64,000 nt of DNA from Calcarisporiella thermophila CBS 279.70 (GCF_041956535.1 NW_027192222.1:149901-213900), one strand, 5' to 3'. Counted from the stretch's first letter, positions 22,383 through 36,690 are shown. Notes: generated by a model from the letters alone, not told the origin. A program made the numbers and translations.

Positions 22383-25300
22383 TTACAATGGCTTAACGTA
22401 ATTGCTCGGAAAAAGCCCACGCTTTCCTTTGGTTGGGCTCACCACCTCCCCCTCCCACCATCCGTCGGGAAGTTTGTGAAGCACAGCGAGGGTATCTCCT
22501 CGGGAGAACGAAATTTCTTCAGGGATGGCGGCAGTATAACTCCACAGGGATTGTACTAAATCAATAAAAAAAGGAAAAAGGCATTAAATGGCCATCATAA
22601 AGTAGGGGTTAGCTATATTTGCATACCATATTCCAAAATAGTCCTCCCATCGGGTGTAATATTTGTTTGAGGCTGGGGAGCTATATTTCCAGCTCCAACT
22701 CGCATCGGAGAAGCTTCTGGCATCTTCTGCAGATGAGATAGGCCAACAGATGGGGACATCCTCTGACCCTGTGGTCTTTGCGGTGGCCTCGCCTGCTGAT
22801 TATGAGGAGAGCCAAACTGAGAAAGAGGACCTTGAGCCGGCATCGGCTGTGACATTCTTTGCCATCCAGTTTCGCCTTTAGGTCCTACCCTTCCTGCAGG
22901 TGCACCTGCCGCAACCTGTGACAATTGAGGCGCTGGAGGACGATTATGACTAGAATGCACGAATCCTCCAATGGGTCCAGGTGCGCCTGAGCTTCCTGGC
23001 ATATAAGTTTCACTTGTCACCCGCTTATGTCCCCCGCTACCTATTTGGTTTCGATCGCTGGGAGGGGGTCGCGAAGGCCAGCGCGAATCAGGAGGTGGAT
23101 ATCTCAACATAATGTTCTTGCTCTCGTCAGTTGCTGTGGAGGTAGGATTTTTTACTGAGATAAACTGCTGTGAGAAAGGGCGCTGAGAACTCGAAGCGTG
23201 TGGGCTGTCATTGAGATTTGGCTCTGCATCAGTAGTATTTCCAAATGGTGGTCTTGTGCTGACGCTAGAAGGCGAATTAAGAGGACGATATGGTGTAGGT
23301 CTACTGTGAAATTGTTGAACATGCGTTGAAGCAGAGGAAAAGCCTTGAGGTACTGAGGAGGTAGAAGCCAAAGGGGAAAAAGTTAAGGGTGGATTTCCAT
23401 GAACTGAAGATGTAGCTGGTTTGCTGGGAGACACCGTCCCCCATGTAACACTGCTAGGTCGTTCACTATTGCTCACATTCATTTCCTCCTTGTGAGATTC
23501 GTCAGGATCGACGGGTTTGCCTTTGTAATCGGCATTTGCTTGAACAGGACGATTGAAATGAGAGGGGGGTGACGGCGACGATGCTATATTGCTTGCAGAT
23601 ATGGGCCGAGAATTAGGGAGATCATCTTCGAAATCCTCATTAATTTCTTCTTTTTCTACTCTGCGGCGCTCCATCTTTTGGGTTGATCGGGTTTCTGTAC
23701 CAACGGGAGAGGTTTTAGCGGCGGAAGGGGAAAGGGATGACGGAACTGGTGAGGGGACAATGGAGGAAGGGGTAGCAGTAGCCGGAGGACTACTGGAGAT
23801 AGGCGACGAGATGGGAGAGGTGGTCCGTAGTGCAGAAGCTAAAAATGCTCCGTCATCCTTGGGTGAGGTCGAATAGGTCTGCTGATCCCCCTCATCATGG
23901 AATTTCGCATCGATGGATGGCTTTTTTTCTAGCATTAGCGAATCTAGAATGGTCTGCACATCGTTAACTGCCCTGGTAAAATCGGCCTCCGAATCACCCT
24001 CTACAGCTAAAGTTGAGGCTCGCGAACTTGTAGGCTGAGACGATGAGATATTTGTAGAGGCATCATTGTTGACAATAGTTGAAGCCGCTTGGCCACCGGT
24101 AGTAAACATCAGTGGAGATATCCTTCGATTTTTGAAGTTATATTCCGAAAGATCAATGGGAGCATAGGGGATTGGCTCTAAATATTACGAACTGATTCAT
24201 ACAAAACTCATAGAAATATATGGAAATACCGTTTAACTTACTTGGTTTTTCTGCCCCAGTCCCTTTCTTGCTCATAAAGGTGGTCAGCTCCTCTTTGATG
24301 TCACAAGTCTCAAGCATTACGCGAGCTGCTTCAGCAACTTCATCCTCTAAGACGCAAGTGGATGAAACGATATTGGAATATTCCCACATGCATTCACGCA
24401 TCAACTCTAGCCGCTTAACTTCCATACTCTCAAAAACCTAAAGTTGTTACAAATTTCAGAATGATATGCGTGTCAGGTGTGAATAGAGAATTTCATAGAT
24501 TACCACACACGCTTTCTCCCATTCTACATTCCATTTTTCCGTGAACTCGGAGTGAATATCGCACGCTCTTTTCATTTCCCGATCTTAGAGGACCAAAACA
24601 AAAATAAGAGTTCAAATTTTTGTCTTTCATAAAAATAAACGGCCGAAGGGAGAAATACCTGCAGCCAAAACTGAAAGAAGGGATGCGTCAATGGCCTCTT
24701 CAATCTATACAACAGTAAAATGCATGGTTAAAGAAGCTCACAAATGATCTGTAAATATGAAGTGGAATTACTGATTCAACATCGGTTCCAATTGAGGCGG
24801 TTTGAAGTGCCTTCCACTTTTTTAATTTTTCGCATTCCACATGATAAGCTTTCTTTGCCTAACATAATCAGAAAGCAAGGATTAGAACCAGCTTAAGTTC
24901 ACTTCACTTGAAGTGTATTAAATTTAAGAAAAATTGAGAGACATTACCTCGAGGGCGTTGGCTTGATAGAGCTGTTTAAGTTGGAAAGTATTTTCCAAAG
25001 AGGACTGATGCTAAAATAGAAATATATAACAATCAGGAAACAAAAATAACAAAAAATCTTTTAAGACATCTATTTACTCCTTTTCGAGTTTCCTTTTGTT
25101 CTTCTAACTGTTTGCACAGGGGCTCATAGAGCTCATTTCTAAGTTTCTCTGCAAAATTAAGATGCGCCTCTCCACTCTTTAATACTGAAGCTTGAATTAG
25201 CTGCAACGAGTCACGGAAAGAACTGTTCAAATTACAAATTAGCTTCTCAATTGATATAAAGGCTCTGTGTCAAAATTCAACCTTGCTAATTCATCTCCAC

Positions 25301-25692
25301 CCAATTGCAATTTCGAAAGCTGGAGTCATCATTTCGAGTATAGTGTTAGATATGGACTAAGTGGGTTAAGAAATGAAATAAACTACCTTTAATAGCTGTT
25401 CGCCATAGGAATGCTCAATTTCGGCTCTATGATCAGGAATTAGAAAAAGAAATAGGAAAAAGTTCTAATAAGAGTCGCACACCTTGCTATCATAAATGCC
25501 TTGAGCTGCTCGCATGTTTCTTTCCCTTGTCTAAGTCTCTCATACAGCACATCTTTTCCTTTGTCGTCACCCTAAAAATAGAAAATTAGATAGCATGTTA
25601 GATCTAAAACTATCCAGAGGTGTTCCTTAAATGTCAATGATAAATACCCAGAAATGAGATGCAAATGATGATTCAGTAGTATCTGGTGGCAT
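22383..25692 (-). CDS. F-BAR + SH3 protein (Cdc15/Hof1/PSTPIP-like), multi-exon
   Basis: N-terminus SFASHFWG..KGKDVLYERLRQGKETC..AEIEHSYAEQL spread over many short GT-AG exons; long S/P-rich linker; last exon 22383-22555 encodes SH3 (SLWSYTAAIPEEISF..DGWWEGE..GLFPSNYV). Confidence 0.88.
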
Positions 25693-27291
25693 ATAATCTC
25701 TGCTGGTTCTTATTGAGAGAGTAGAGATTCTGGGGAAACTAGTTGATCAAAAATATCTAGAAAAGCTGTAGGTAACAGCCAAAGTGGCTAGGCAGAAATT
25801 AAATCCACTTCTGTTTTGATACCGCGCCACAATGATTCTCGTTGTTTCCCCATCGATTGTTCTATTTTACTCTTACGAATCCAGGTCTAAAAATATCCCT
25901 GTGGTGTATGATCGTGGCTCTGAGCCCAATACATGTGGATATGCTTTGCCTTTACAACTTCACTTTATTGAATATATACACTCTCTAGGTCGTTCAATAA
26001 ATTCAGGCGCAATAGAAAGAATTCTCTTGATTCAAAAACATTTTACTAATCAAAATCGATAATTTAGAAAAGCACCGGATCGGTTTGACCAATATCTTCG
26101 GCGTTTGAAGCGTTACTAAGGAGTTTTCCTTGTCTAAGCAATGCTCATTCATTTCGCAAGAAGCCACCCTGGTTAGAACCGATATAATATAGTTCATCTT
26201 GCTTGAATTCGTCGACTCGCTTACGTGCAATAAGGACCCCTTTCTAGAGGAAATTTTGAACTAACATCCTCTTCCAGAGCGAACTCTATTGAGTTATAAT
26301 GGTGCACTGTGGCAATACATTCAGTCCAAACAGCTGACACGGTATCTTGCAACAGACATAACCGAATATCTTTTCGTATAATAAAATATGTCTTCCTTCT
26401 CGTAAGTAAAAGTACTATGCATTCCGTCACACCTTTGTCATTCAACTTGTTCATTCAAATCAGCTTAATTAAAGGAGAGTCTAGTTTAATCTAGAGACTA
26501 TGATATTTCCAATGAAATGCGGAGTTTTTGCGCGATCTTAAGGCCATCCCTAACGGGACCACAGAGGTCATGGATTTGCATACTTAGATCTGGTAGCACA
26601 TTGCTCTAGCTTGCGAAATCTGCGAGAGGAGGGTGAGGGTGTTAGGGCAACGTCTTCTACACACCTAAATTCGAGTGCTTGGACCAACACTTGTTGTTTC
26701 ATGCAACCAAATTCAAAGTCAGCTTTGGCGCTTAACGCTATGACAATTTTAGAATTGGATAATATTCCCTTGTATCTTGGATGCTGACATATTTGGTTAA
26801 CCCCATACTGATGTTCAATATACCTAAAGTCGATAACTGATCGATTCGAATCTTTCTTTTTCAGTTTCAAGGAGAGCACTCGAATTTTCAAAATCGGTCG
26901 ATTTCTAGGCGCCCTGAGAAGTTACAGAATTAGAAATTCAGAACGATCTAGCATTGTTTTTTTTTTGGCCAAGACGTCATGCTACTTTTACTCTACTCGC
27001 CAAAACCGTGTGTTCCTTGGTAATATATATATATGCACACTCGCACAAAGTTAGAGAGCGCTATCCGACTTTTTGCAACGCTATCTGATTCCTTGTTAAC
27101 AATTAAACTCAATTCAAGTTGCGACAACCATCCAGCCACAAGATTCCACCACAGTGGTCGATAGCTCTGCTCAATTCTAGAAAGAAGCCGTATGCGGGAG
27201 AGAAAGTAACTTTGAACATTGGCGTTCATTTTAGTTGATCATCACTGACAAATCATTTTCTTCTCAAACTATCTAGGTCCATAGTGGTATT

Positions 27292-29407
27292 ATGCCTGTC
27301 ATTGAGCAAATCAAGAATTTCATTCGCCAAGCCGAGGGCAAGCGTCAATTAGATAAGCACGAAAAGAGAGGCGAGAAAACCGGGAAAGACCACTGTTCAG
27401 ATATCGCGAGGATAGTTGCAGAAGAGCGTCAAGCTCGTGAAAGGATTCCGCATTATCCGGGGCTTGATCGATATAAACTTCTGGAAAAGATAGGAGAGTA
27501 AGTAGAGCTAGTGGTTGTGGCTGCGCATTTCCTTCTTTATATTAATTTATTTGCACTTGTATACGATTGCAACTGTCTGGATTCTAGTGGCGCCTATTCG
27601 TGCGTGTATAAAGCCGTAGATCGAGTAACCGGTGAAAAAGTTGCAATCAAGATAATTCGAAAACAAGAAGTCAAAGCCGCCAAGGTGGGTTTCGGTCTAT
27701 ACTTCTCTTAATAATAGGTCTTGCTCAATTTTGCAACTTCTAATAACTCTAATGCTTTCGACTCTGCTTGATCCGTTTCCATAGAATGATGTGGATAAAC
27801 ATGTGCATAAAAATGTAAGAAGCGTCCCACCCGTACCCGAGGTAAAACCTATCAAAGGTACTTCTAGGAAAACGGAACGATTGGACCTAACTCCAATTGT
27901 ATAGCACGCTGATATTTACAAAGAAGTGCAAATAATGCGAAAGATGAATCACCCGTCCATCATTAAGCTGCTCGACTTCTCTGAATCTGCCGACTATTAC
28001 TACATGATACTTGAGCTGATGGAAGGAGGAGAGCTCTTCTATAGCATTGTAAGGTTTACCTATTTTTCTGAGCAGCTGGCCCGTCATATCATCATCCAGG
28101 TTGCCGAGGGAATTCGGTATATGCATAACGAAAAAGGAGTTGTACACAGGTAATGATTCCGCTTTTGACTGGCTTATTGTATTTTATTTCAACAGCCCTC
28201 CTCACTTAATGTTTATCCGCATTTCCAGAGATATTAAACCTGAGAATCTATTGATTGAGCCCATTCCCCTGAGATATACAAAGCAGCCTAATAAGTCTCT
28301 GATAGATGGGGAAGTTAAAGAAGACGAAGGAGAGTTCATCCCAGGTGTGGGAGGTGGGGGGATAGGGCGCGTGAAAATTGCCGATTTTGGGTTGTCCAAG
28401 GTTATTTGGGAGGAAAGCACCCATACTCCCTGTGGTACTGTCGGTTATACTGCCCCCGAAGTAGTAAAAGATAAGCGGTACAGCAAGGGCGTGGATATGT
28501 GGGCGCTCGGATGTGTATTATACACATTATTATGTGGGTTTCCACCATTTTACGATGAAAACATTTCTCAATTGACGCGCAGGGTGGCACATGGAGAATA
28601 CACTTTCTTATCACCTTGGTATATGTTTTATCTGATCCCTTTTACTATATGATTCGAGCAACTTATGCAGTTTATTGCCATTGAATTAGGTGGGATCCGA
28701 TTTCGGAAGAGGCGAAAGATCTGATCCGCCATCTACTCTGTGTTGATCCTCATTCTCGCTATAGCATAGACGAGTTTTTTGCCCATCCTTGGATACAGGG
28801 AAAGACGATGAAAGATGATTCTGTTGAGAGAACAGTGGAAGAATCGGGCACTGAAAATTCTAGTTGGAAATTGGTCGAGATTCCACAGAGTGAAGCTATT
28901 CCAAAGCCAAAACGCGGGAGGAAGGAAAACATATCACCAGGCTTGGCCATTCTAAGAGATGCAATTGATATCAGCCATGCGGTTCAACGCGTAGAAGAAG
29001 AAGAGTGGCGAAATAGCAAGCTATTTAATGGAAATCAAGCTTCAGAGGAGAGAAGAGAGAGAAAGAAGAATCAAATTAATAGTTTGATCTATAGTAGTGA
29101 CTTGAAACGCCTCGCTGCTCATAACAAGGATCAGGTTAATAGCATCACTGCTCTCACTCCGAAGCCTCCGGTGCCTCGATTAGAATCACCTCCGCTTTCT
29201 CATTCTCCTATTTATGGCCCATTTAATGACGCTCATCTTCTCCAGGAGTTGACACGCGAAAAGCAAGCTGCCCGCCAATATCTTCAAAAAATTCAACCGT
29301 ACCAACCTATGCGGATGAACTTGGACTTGAGTCATGCTACGTTACTGGAGAGGCGCCGTCAAAAAATGAAAGCCAATAACAGAGAGCCTATGCTCCTTTT
29401 TGGCTGA
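27292..29407 (+). CDS. CAMK-group Ser/Thr kinase, Srk1/Rck2-like, about 6 exons
   Basis: GAYSCVYKA, VAIK, HRDIKPEN, the family-typical DEGEFIPGVGGGGIGRVKIADFG, and CGTVGYTAPE. Confidence 0.92.
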
Positions 29408-30152
29408 ATTTACCCTGGCTAACTCCTGTCTAACCGGCATATGTATATATCTATGTACATTTTTACCTCTATATATAATCATCTGTAAATAAATTTCCAT
29501 TATCTTTCGTTTGACATTTATATGTAATTTTGCTCCTCTTGTAATACAATTGCTATTTCTTCTTACCTAATAAATGGGGGGGGGGACTAGTTTTAAATCA
29601 GATTGCATTTCTCTAATAATGTATCTCCTAAATAATATTGTATATTCTTCTATAAAAGAATCAATTTGCGCTAAAAAATGTGGAATATAGCAGGTCTCTG
29701 AAAAGTATCGTCATAGTTAAGAATCTAGAAGGTACGCTAGGACTTTGCCTGATAAGATAAAAGCTTCAATACTGATCAAGCAAAGGTATAGGTCGATCTC
29801 ACAGGTTAAGGTATTGTGAATATGCTGTTTGATTGGAAATATGATTAGTAATTATAATGATCTCAGACTGTCCTTTGAATAGATTAATGGCAATCTTTTA
29901 TATGCGGTTCCATCTTTCATCACGGCAGAAGATGCTTTACCTCGTCTTGACTCTTATTTAAAGTGGTAGTATTAAATGGCACTGTTTACAAGCAAATTCA
30001 AAATCGAAAACCATGCTCAACAAACTAAGAAAGTAAAGGAAGCACAGATTAATTAATGAACTCAAACTAGTTAAAAAATATTATAACGAATTACATGGAC
30101 GTTCAAAAAAAAGTAAAGAATATTATACAGAGTAAATGATTAAAAACGAAGT

Positions 30153-32815
30153 CTATTTCTTAGAGACTATCTGTCGTACCCCATCCGCCCACAATGTCTC
30201 TATTGTTCCGTCCGGTAAGACTCTACGATGATACGCGTCACACTGGATTTCCTACATAGCGATTCTTCGATTAACACAATAAACTATGGTAAACTCGATG
30301 TGGTATTTATACCTCAGTACCATCTGGATGACGTATCCGCTTAACTCCTCCGCGAACTGTCATAACGGTTCCATCTCCAAATACAACCTCTTCTTCTCTT
30401 TCTGCTCCTTCTTCTTCCTTGAATTCTTTGTCATTTCCCTCTACTACCCGTTGAACAATACCGGTGGGATGTCTAACTTCAATTACATTACCCTCGCGTC
30501 TCTGTATCTGGCCATTTGGAAACCGAGTTTCCTCAATTCCATCCGCAAATCTTATTGTTTCCGTTCCATTAGCAAAGTGGTAAACGGTCCGATTACCGGG
30601 GATATGTATTTTACGGTCTCCGTTGGTAAAGAAGCTAGTAGTTCTCCCTGAGGGCTCTAAGTGTTTGATGGTCCCATTAGGAAAGAGTTGGAGTCTAGAG
30701 CCAGATGAGTATATGCGAGTGCGAGGAGAGTCCTTCTCAGTGGGTTGGTCATCCTATTTATGGGTGCCACTAACTTGAGATGTTCTATTACACGCATTGT
30801 ATAGCAAATCAAATACTTACCTGAATACATACGCCAAGGTTTTCGATTTGTTCCTCCAGAGAGTCCAAAGCACAGGGTTCCTTCTTCGCGTTATTCCGTT
30901 CGATTGGATCCTTGCCTTTGGTCGTCGCTAAGCCGAATGCAGACGAAGTTGTCGTTGAGGTGTATGGGGTGGTGCTGCTTTTTGTGCTGGTTGTGCGGGA
31001 GACTGTGGGGGGAACAGTGGAGGAAGCAGACAAAGGCCGCTCCACTTTTGTTGTTGCACTTGAACTTCTCTAAAAAAAATTGTCTTAGGGTTATTGCCAC
31101 AATGATTCTCCAATTATTTATCCTAACCTTTATTGTGGATGCAGGTACGGGTATTCTCGATAATGCAAGCTTCTCTTGCTTCAACGTAACCACTTCCGCG
31201 AGTAATTTTTCATTTTGTAGTGTCAAATCATCAACTTGTTTTTGTAAGCGCTCCTCCTCCACCTTGTGGCGAGATTCCTTTGCCTGTAATGATTTTTGGC
31301 ATTCGGCAAGCTGCTTGCGGAGATGTTCTGCCTCTTCGCGATCCCTGATATCGGAAAGAAAGTGCGTTAAACGAAGCATCATAAAGAGGGCTCAAATGTG
31401 GTGTTACTTTTTCCCAGGCATCATTTCAACTGCACGGCGATTTCGTTCCCAGAGCTGCCTCTCCCTTTGTAGTTTTTTCATCTCTTGTGCTTTCCACTTT
31501 TCCAGCTTGTTCCGCTCTTCTTTTTTGTACTGCTCGAAATCGGGCTATAAGCAATCACAAATTAGACTCTGTGTAAAATAAAAGTGAATAAATGAGCTAC
31601 CTTATCTATTTTGGCTTCACGTAGCTCTTCAGTGGTAATTTGCAACTCTTGTCTTAATCTGATCACTTCTTCTCTCGTTTTCTCCAACTCGTCTCGATAT
31701 TCATCAAGTTCTTTTTCTAGAGACTGCCAACGTCCAAAAATAATAAAAATATTAAAGCTGATTTTGGATAAATACACATACACGATTAGGCTTACTTTAA
31801 TACGTGCATCGACACCGTAGTCGCTCTCCGTCTTTTTTTCTCTTGTTCTCTCTCTTTCGACTAGGCCCCCTCCTTTCATCCTTTTTATTCCCAGCTTACA
31901 TCGCTCCTGCTCCCAATCCTTTGCTTTATTATCTTCCAAGTTATCTAGTAGAAGTGGTCGTGAATTCCGCGCTTGAACTGGAGTTTTACCATGCTCTAAC
32001 CAATATGCTAATCCGGGGGAAATAGTGACAGTACTTAATGGTTTCGAAATCGGCGTCTTGTTAATAGCACTCCCCGCGTTTCTCCACCCTCTTCTCTCCT
32101 CCATTGTGTATGTTGGAGCCTCCTCGTTCGCCGAATCTTGAGTTACAAACTTTTCTTCATCTCGAAATAATTTCTCTTCCACGCTCTCAAACTCTCTTAG
32201 CTCAGCTTGTCTCCTATGTTCCTCTTGTGCCCACCGTGTGCGATGCGCCTCTCGTGCTGGCCGCATAATTTTTACCTCAACTGAGAGGTCTTCGGTGAGA
32301 ACACTTTCGTTTTGAAGAGCTTTTGCTCCTACTGTTCCAGATCGAGAGGAAAGTTTCTCAATAAAACTTGGAATCTTAACAGAAAAACATTAATCGAAAC
32401 ACAATATATGAACAGTTAAATAAGAGAAGCTTACGGCTCGTCGGGCAGGTTGCGATTCTTTCTGCCGAATAAGCTTTTTTTGTAGAATCTCGTCAACAGA
32501 GAGGATTCGTCCAGATGGTGCTTTAATAGATTAACGTATTAGAAATGTTTTTTTTTTTAGAACAGAGATTTCAAAACGAGAAAAAAGAACAAAAACAAGA
32601 TGAGAACTCACATGAAAATCCTTGTATTTGGGTTTCTTGAGGTGAAGTTGACTATTTAATGGAGAATAATTAAGTGTCTTATGATCAATTGTACACAAAA
32701 ATCCCAGAAGAATGTAAACCTTTAGCTCCGAATCACGTTTCTGATCGAGAGCCGCCCTCAGTTTAACGTTCAGCGGAGCAAAAGCTGGGGTTGTGCGCTG
32801 GTTAATCCCATTCAT
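30153..32815 (-). CDS. CENPJ: SAS-4/CPAP/CENPJ centriole protein orthologue, multi-exon
   Basis: Coiled coil EMKKLQRERQLWE..PGKKDREEAEHLRKQL..KESRH..ERLQKQV. C-terminal TCP10/G-box domain LFPNGTIK..FFTNGDRK..VYHFA..FPNGQIQ..FGDGTV..YHRRVLPDGTIET, collinear with human CPAP as recalled. Confidence 0.85.
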
Positions 32816-32858
32816 GCATCAAAAAATCTTTTCTGGAGTTGCGAACAAAATACAATTA

Positions 32859-32885
32859 ACGCGAAATAACTTTTTTCGCGCAAAA
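32859..32885 (-). promoter_or_regulatory. G1/S-type boxes (CGCGAAA and E2F-like TTTCGCGC) 45-70 bp upstream of SAS-4
   Basis: ACGCGAAA at 32859-32866 and TTTTCGCGCAAAA at 32873-32885. Confidence 0.5.
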
Positions 32886-33572
32886 TTAAGTTTCTGATAT
32901 TAATACATATATAAAAATTCAATAATGATATCCCATTTATAAACCCACTAGAGTTAATACGAGGCTGGCTGCTAATCTCCCTTAGCAAAGTAGAATGTGC
33001 TCATCTTAATTTTCTAATGCGTTTATGTAAATTAGCCTTAATCATTGCTTCAACTTTCTTTTTGTCCCCCTTCCCCCTCTCCTTCCTTAATGTTTGAAAT
33101 CTCATTGAGGAGTATGACTCATTGCTCTTTAAAATTGGATGGTGTATTGTTTACGAATTATAAACTCTAGTTGATAATTAGAAATTGACTCAGAGCAATC
33201 TATTCTTACATTTTTTTTTTTTTTCTCACATTAATGTACAATCTTTGCCGAAAGAATGAGCACCGGTGCTACCATTTTTTTTATTGCAACAACTAATACA
33301 TCTGTAAAAATAGTTAATCATCAAGTAGTCCAATATAATCTTTTATTAACCTCCATCCCCATCTCATTCATTCTTAGGTGTAAGAACTTAACTAAAGTTT
33401 AATAACATAGCGACAAGAGCGAAAAATCGCGTAATTTCAACAATTACTGCGCCACAATATTTCTTCATAACGTCACTTTGTATGTGAAAAATGTCTCTTC
33501 ATACACTTTAGTATTTCCATGTCTCTTTAAACGGTTGTACTTTGCATTCTTATTCTTTTCCTTTTCTTTTGC

Positions 33573-36197
33573 ATGTCACACGCTGATCGAAGTACGCCTG
33601 AGAATATCCGCACGTGGCTTGTCCATTCGCTCACATCGTCGTGGCAAGGTCACACTATAGCGGCCGATCTCTCTAACGATGTGCTGCGTGGCATCTATGA
33701 GCAATGGTCTTATTATGAACCGGACGTCAAGTGTGGTATTCTCTTAGCACTGCTGCAAATAAAGCATTCCCAAAGGAACGAAGTTAAAGAGGTGATGCAA
33801 CAGGTAAGTTTTTCCTTTATTTTAGTTTTTTCTATGCTTTCAACAATATTTTCTGTCTTTATCATTTTTGTCTTGTTTATGCAAGATCTAGAAAGAGTAA
33901 AAAGAGAAATGCGACACCCTTTATGTCATTTTCTTTTTCCTTTTCTCTTTCCTGTGCCTCTTCCATTTCCGCTCTCCGCTGCTATCTCTTTATTAATCTT
34001 TAATAAACATTAAGAGAAGTAGTGGAAAATATTGGATCTGCAAATTTTTATATGTCGCTTAGTAGACTTGACGATATGATTGACCGCTTTATCTCTTTTG
34101 CATTACCATTTCAATAGCTCATCGATCATGCAAGCCAGGATGGTGATGACTGGGTTCAAGTGATAGCGCTCATGCTTAAACCATACCCGAGCGAAGGCAA
34201 GCTTGATGTTGATGTTTTGCCACAAGAGAAATACAAGGAACATTTCGATCAGCTGAGGAACAATGGTATGTCATACAACTAATGTCCCTTTACCATAATC
34301 TAACCCTTTTTTTCCTTTGTTAGTTCGTACTAAGGGAGCTAAATTCTATCCGAATGAGTGTGCATACATCAATTCAAAAATCGCCAAATCATACACATTC
34401 GATGGGTCTCCTCCTGAATTAATCACTCATACCACGCATTTTAAGATAAATCAAGCACAAGCAATAGATCCCCAAGCACGGCTTGACAAACTTAATAAGC
34501 TTGCAGCTCCAGTCACACCTCTTTCCGCCACAGCTGCCGCCGGCGGTTCTGCACCTGCTTCTTCCGCTGCTAGCGGTAAACCCATGCCAGCAAGTCGCCC
34601 ACAGCCATCAGCTTCTGGTATTTTCTTAAATAAGCGGAAATCTTCTTCGCACTCTTTCTTACGAAGCAGCGCTCCAACAAGTCGTCCGGGTGTGACTGGG
34701 CTCACGTCAACCACACCTAAATATCAGAAACAAACAAAAATCCAGGTCCTGGACTATGAGGCGGGACGAGATATCATTGTGCAGCAGCAAGCTGCCGCAT
34801 TAAAAAAGCAACAAGGTGCGTAGTTTGGGAAATGGGTATTCTGCGTGAATTTATTTTTCTCACTCTTTAATATATCGCATTTCAGATGAGCAGCAGGAGA
34901 AGGAGCAGAAGAGACTCGCACAGAAACAGGCTCAAGAAGAGAAAAAGCGCCAACAAGAGGAGCTGAGAAAACAGAAGGAGCGCGAACGTGAAGAGAAAAA
35001 GGCGGCGAAACGACAGGCCGAAGAAGAGGCTCGAATTAGAAAAGAACGGGAGCGTGAAGAGCGCGAAAGGGAAAGGGAAGAGAGAGAAAGAGAGAGAGAG
35101 CGTGAACAGGATGCAGACGGCGAGGGTTCAGCACGGAAAAGACAGAGAAGACTGTCCAGTTCAGGATCTCAAGGTAAAATAAATATGGTTACCTATTAGA
35201 TCGTTATATAACACAATTTAACATTCCACCATTCTGCTTTAGATTTTGGACATATTAATGCAGTATCTCCAATTCAAGAATCGCCATCGGACACTGTCTA
35301 TCGTAATGGCATTAATGCGTATACGCCTCAAACCCCGTTAGGCGGCCGCTCCTCCTCTTATTTCGCAATGGATCCGCATTCTGTGTCTCCGTGGGGGAAT
35401 AATGCTCAGTCTCCGCCCCTACAATCCCCAATACGACAACAGCAATTTCCGCCTCCCATTTTGCAACATCCTAATATACCCCAACTTCCTCCGCTCTCTC
35501 GATTTGCCTCATCCCCTAGTACGCTTATTCCTCCAGTAAATAGTCCACAAACGCATCCATCCGTAGAAATGCAAATGTACTCTTCTCCCGTACAAACATC
35601 ACCAGTTGCAAACATGATGCAAAGCCCATCAACGGCTACCTCCATGTATACTACGGACTGGGCGATGCTTCAGCAACAACAACAGCTTCAGCAACAACAA
35701 CAGCAGCAGCAACTGCAACCGCAGCAGCAGCAACCACAGCAGCAGCAAATTCTCCCTGGAACTCAGTCTACAATACCAAATCAGTGGAGCCAAGAGCCGA
35801 TTAGACCGAATCCAGAGCAAGAACTCATCGAGTTGAATCGGCGTGACCTGGACCGCATCGATGAAAACACTCGACGGGCCGTGTTCGAAAAGATGAATGC
35901 TGTGAGCTCGCAAAATTTGCGATTGATCTTAGATTTCCTATTGGGCAATCCAAGTGAGTCATACTAATGATCCCCATCTAGCTATTCTATCATTAATTTC
36001 TGTATTTAATGGATACTCCAGTCGAGCCAAAACCGGATCAAACCCCCATGCAGGTGATTCTCAACACAGAATCATCTCAGGACCCCGCGACCGGCCGCCC
36101 GATGGAAGAGAATATTATCTTCCAGATGGATTTTGCAACCGGAGAATGGAAGAAATTGCGGCGGAAGAAGCTGACCAAAAATCGTCGAAATGCGTGA
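33573..36197 (+). CDS. NELFA: Negative elongation factor subunit A (NELF-A/WHSC2) homologue, about 6 exons
   Basis: N-terminus TWLVHSL..SWQGHTIAADL..VKCGILLALL..DDWVQVIALMLKPYP..FYPNECAYIN..HFKI. C-terminus FEKMNAVS..LILDFLLG..IIFQMDFATGEWKKLRRK. Both match the two conserved NELF-A domains as recalled. Confidence 0.85.
35671..35748 (+). repeat. CAG/CAA poly-Gln tract within NELF-A
   Basis: Encodes QQQQQLQQQQQQQQLQPQQQQPQQQQ. Confidence 0.9.
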
Positions 36198-36690
36198 CCC
36201 TATTAGGATGCTTTTATAGGCTGGATAATTTACATTCTCTTCTAAGGATAATGGTCGAGACCTCTTATATAGAGCTCTTATTTTATTTTATTTTTATTGT
36301 GTCTTTTTTCTCTTCTTGCTTGCTCTTTAATATTTGTGCTTCGGCTTTTTACAGTTTTGTATTTTTCTTCCATTCTCTCCTAAAATAACGGTCGATTCCT
36401 TTTTTTCTTTTTGTTTCTGTGTATAAGATTCCCTACACTGTTTGAATTCTCTCTTTTTTTTGCAAAATTTTGTGTTGTGCATGCGTGTTGTGAAATGGTG
36501 AGCTGTGCATAAGGTAGAAATAAAATAACTATTGAACAGACTATTTATGCGGTGTTTTCTATGATGATATTTTATTACTGTTATATGAGAGAAGAAGTAA
36601 TGAAAGGATGAGATAGGAGAAAGCATAATGAGTTTTAGAAACGCATTAAAACAAATGGAATAACAAAAATAAAACAAGGTCCTTACAGCT

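Noticed and set aside
25832-27229. Several 75-107 aa ORFs between the F-BAR and kinase genes
   Set aside because: No recognisable motifs or consistent splice model could be built.
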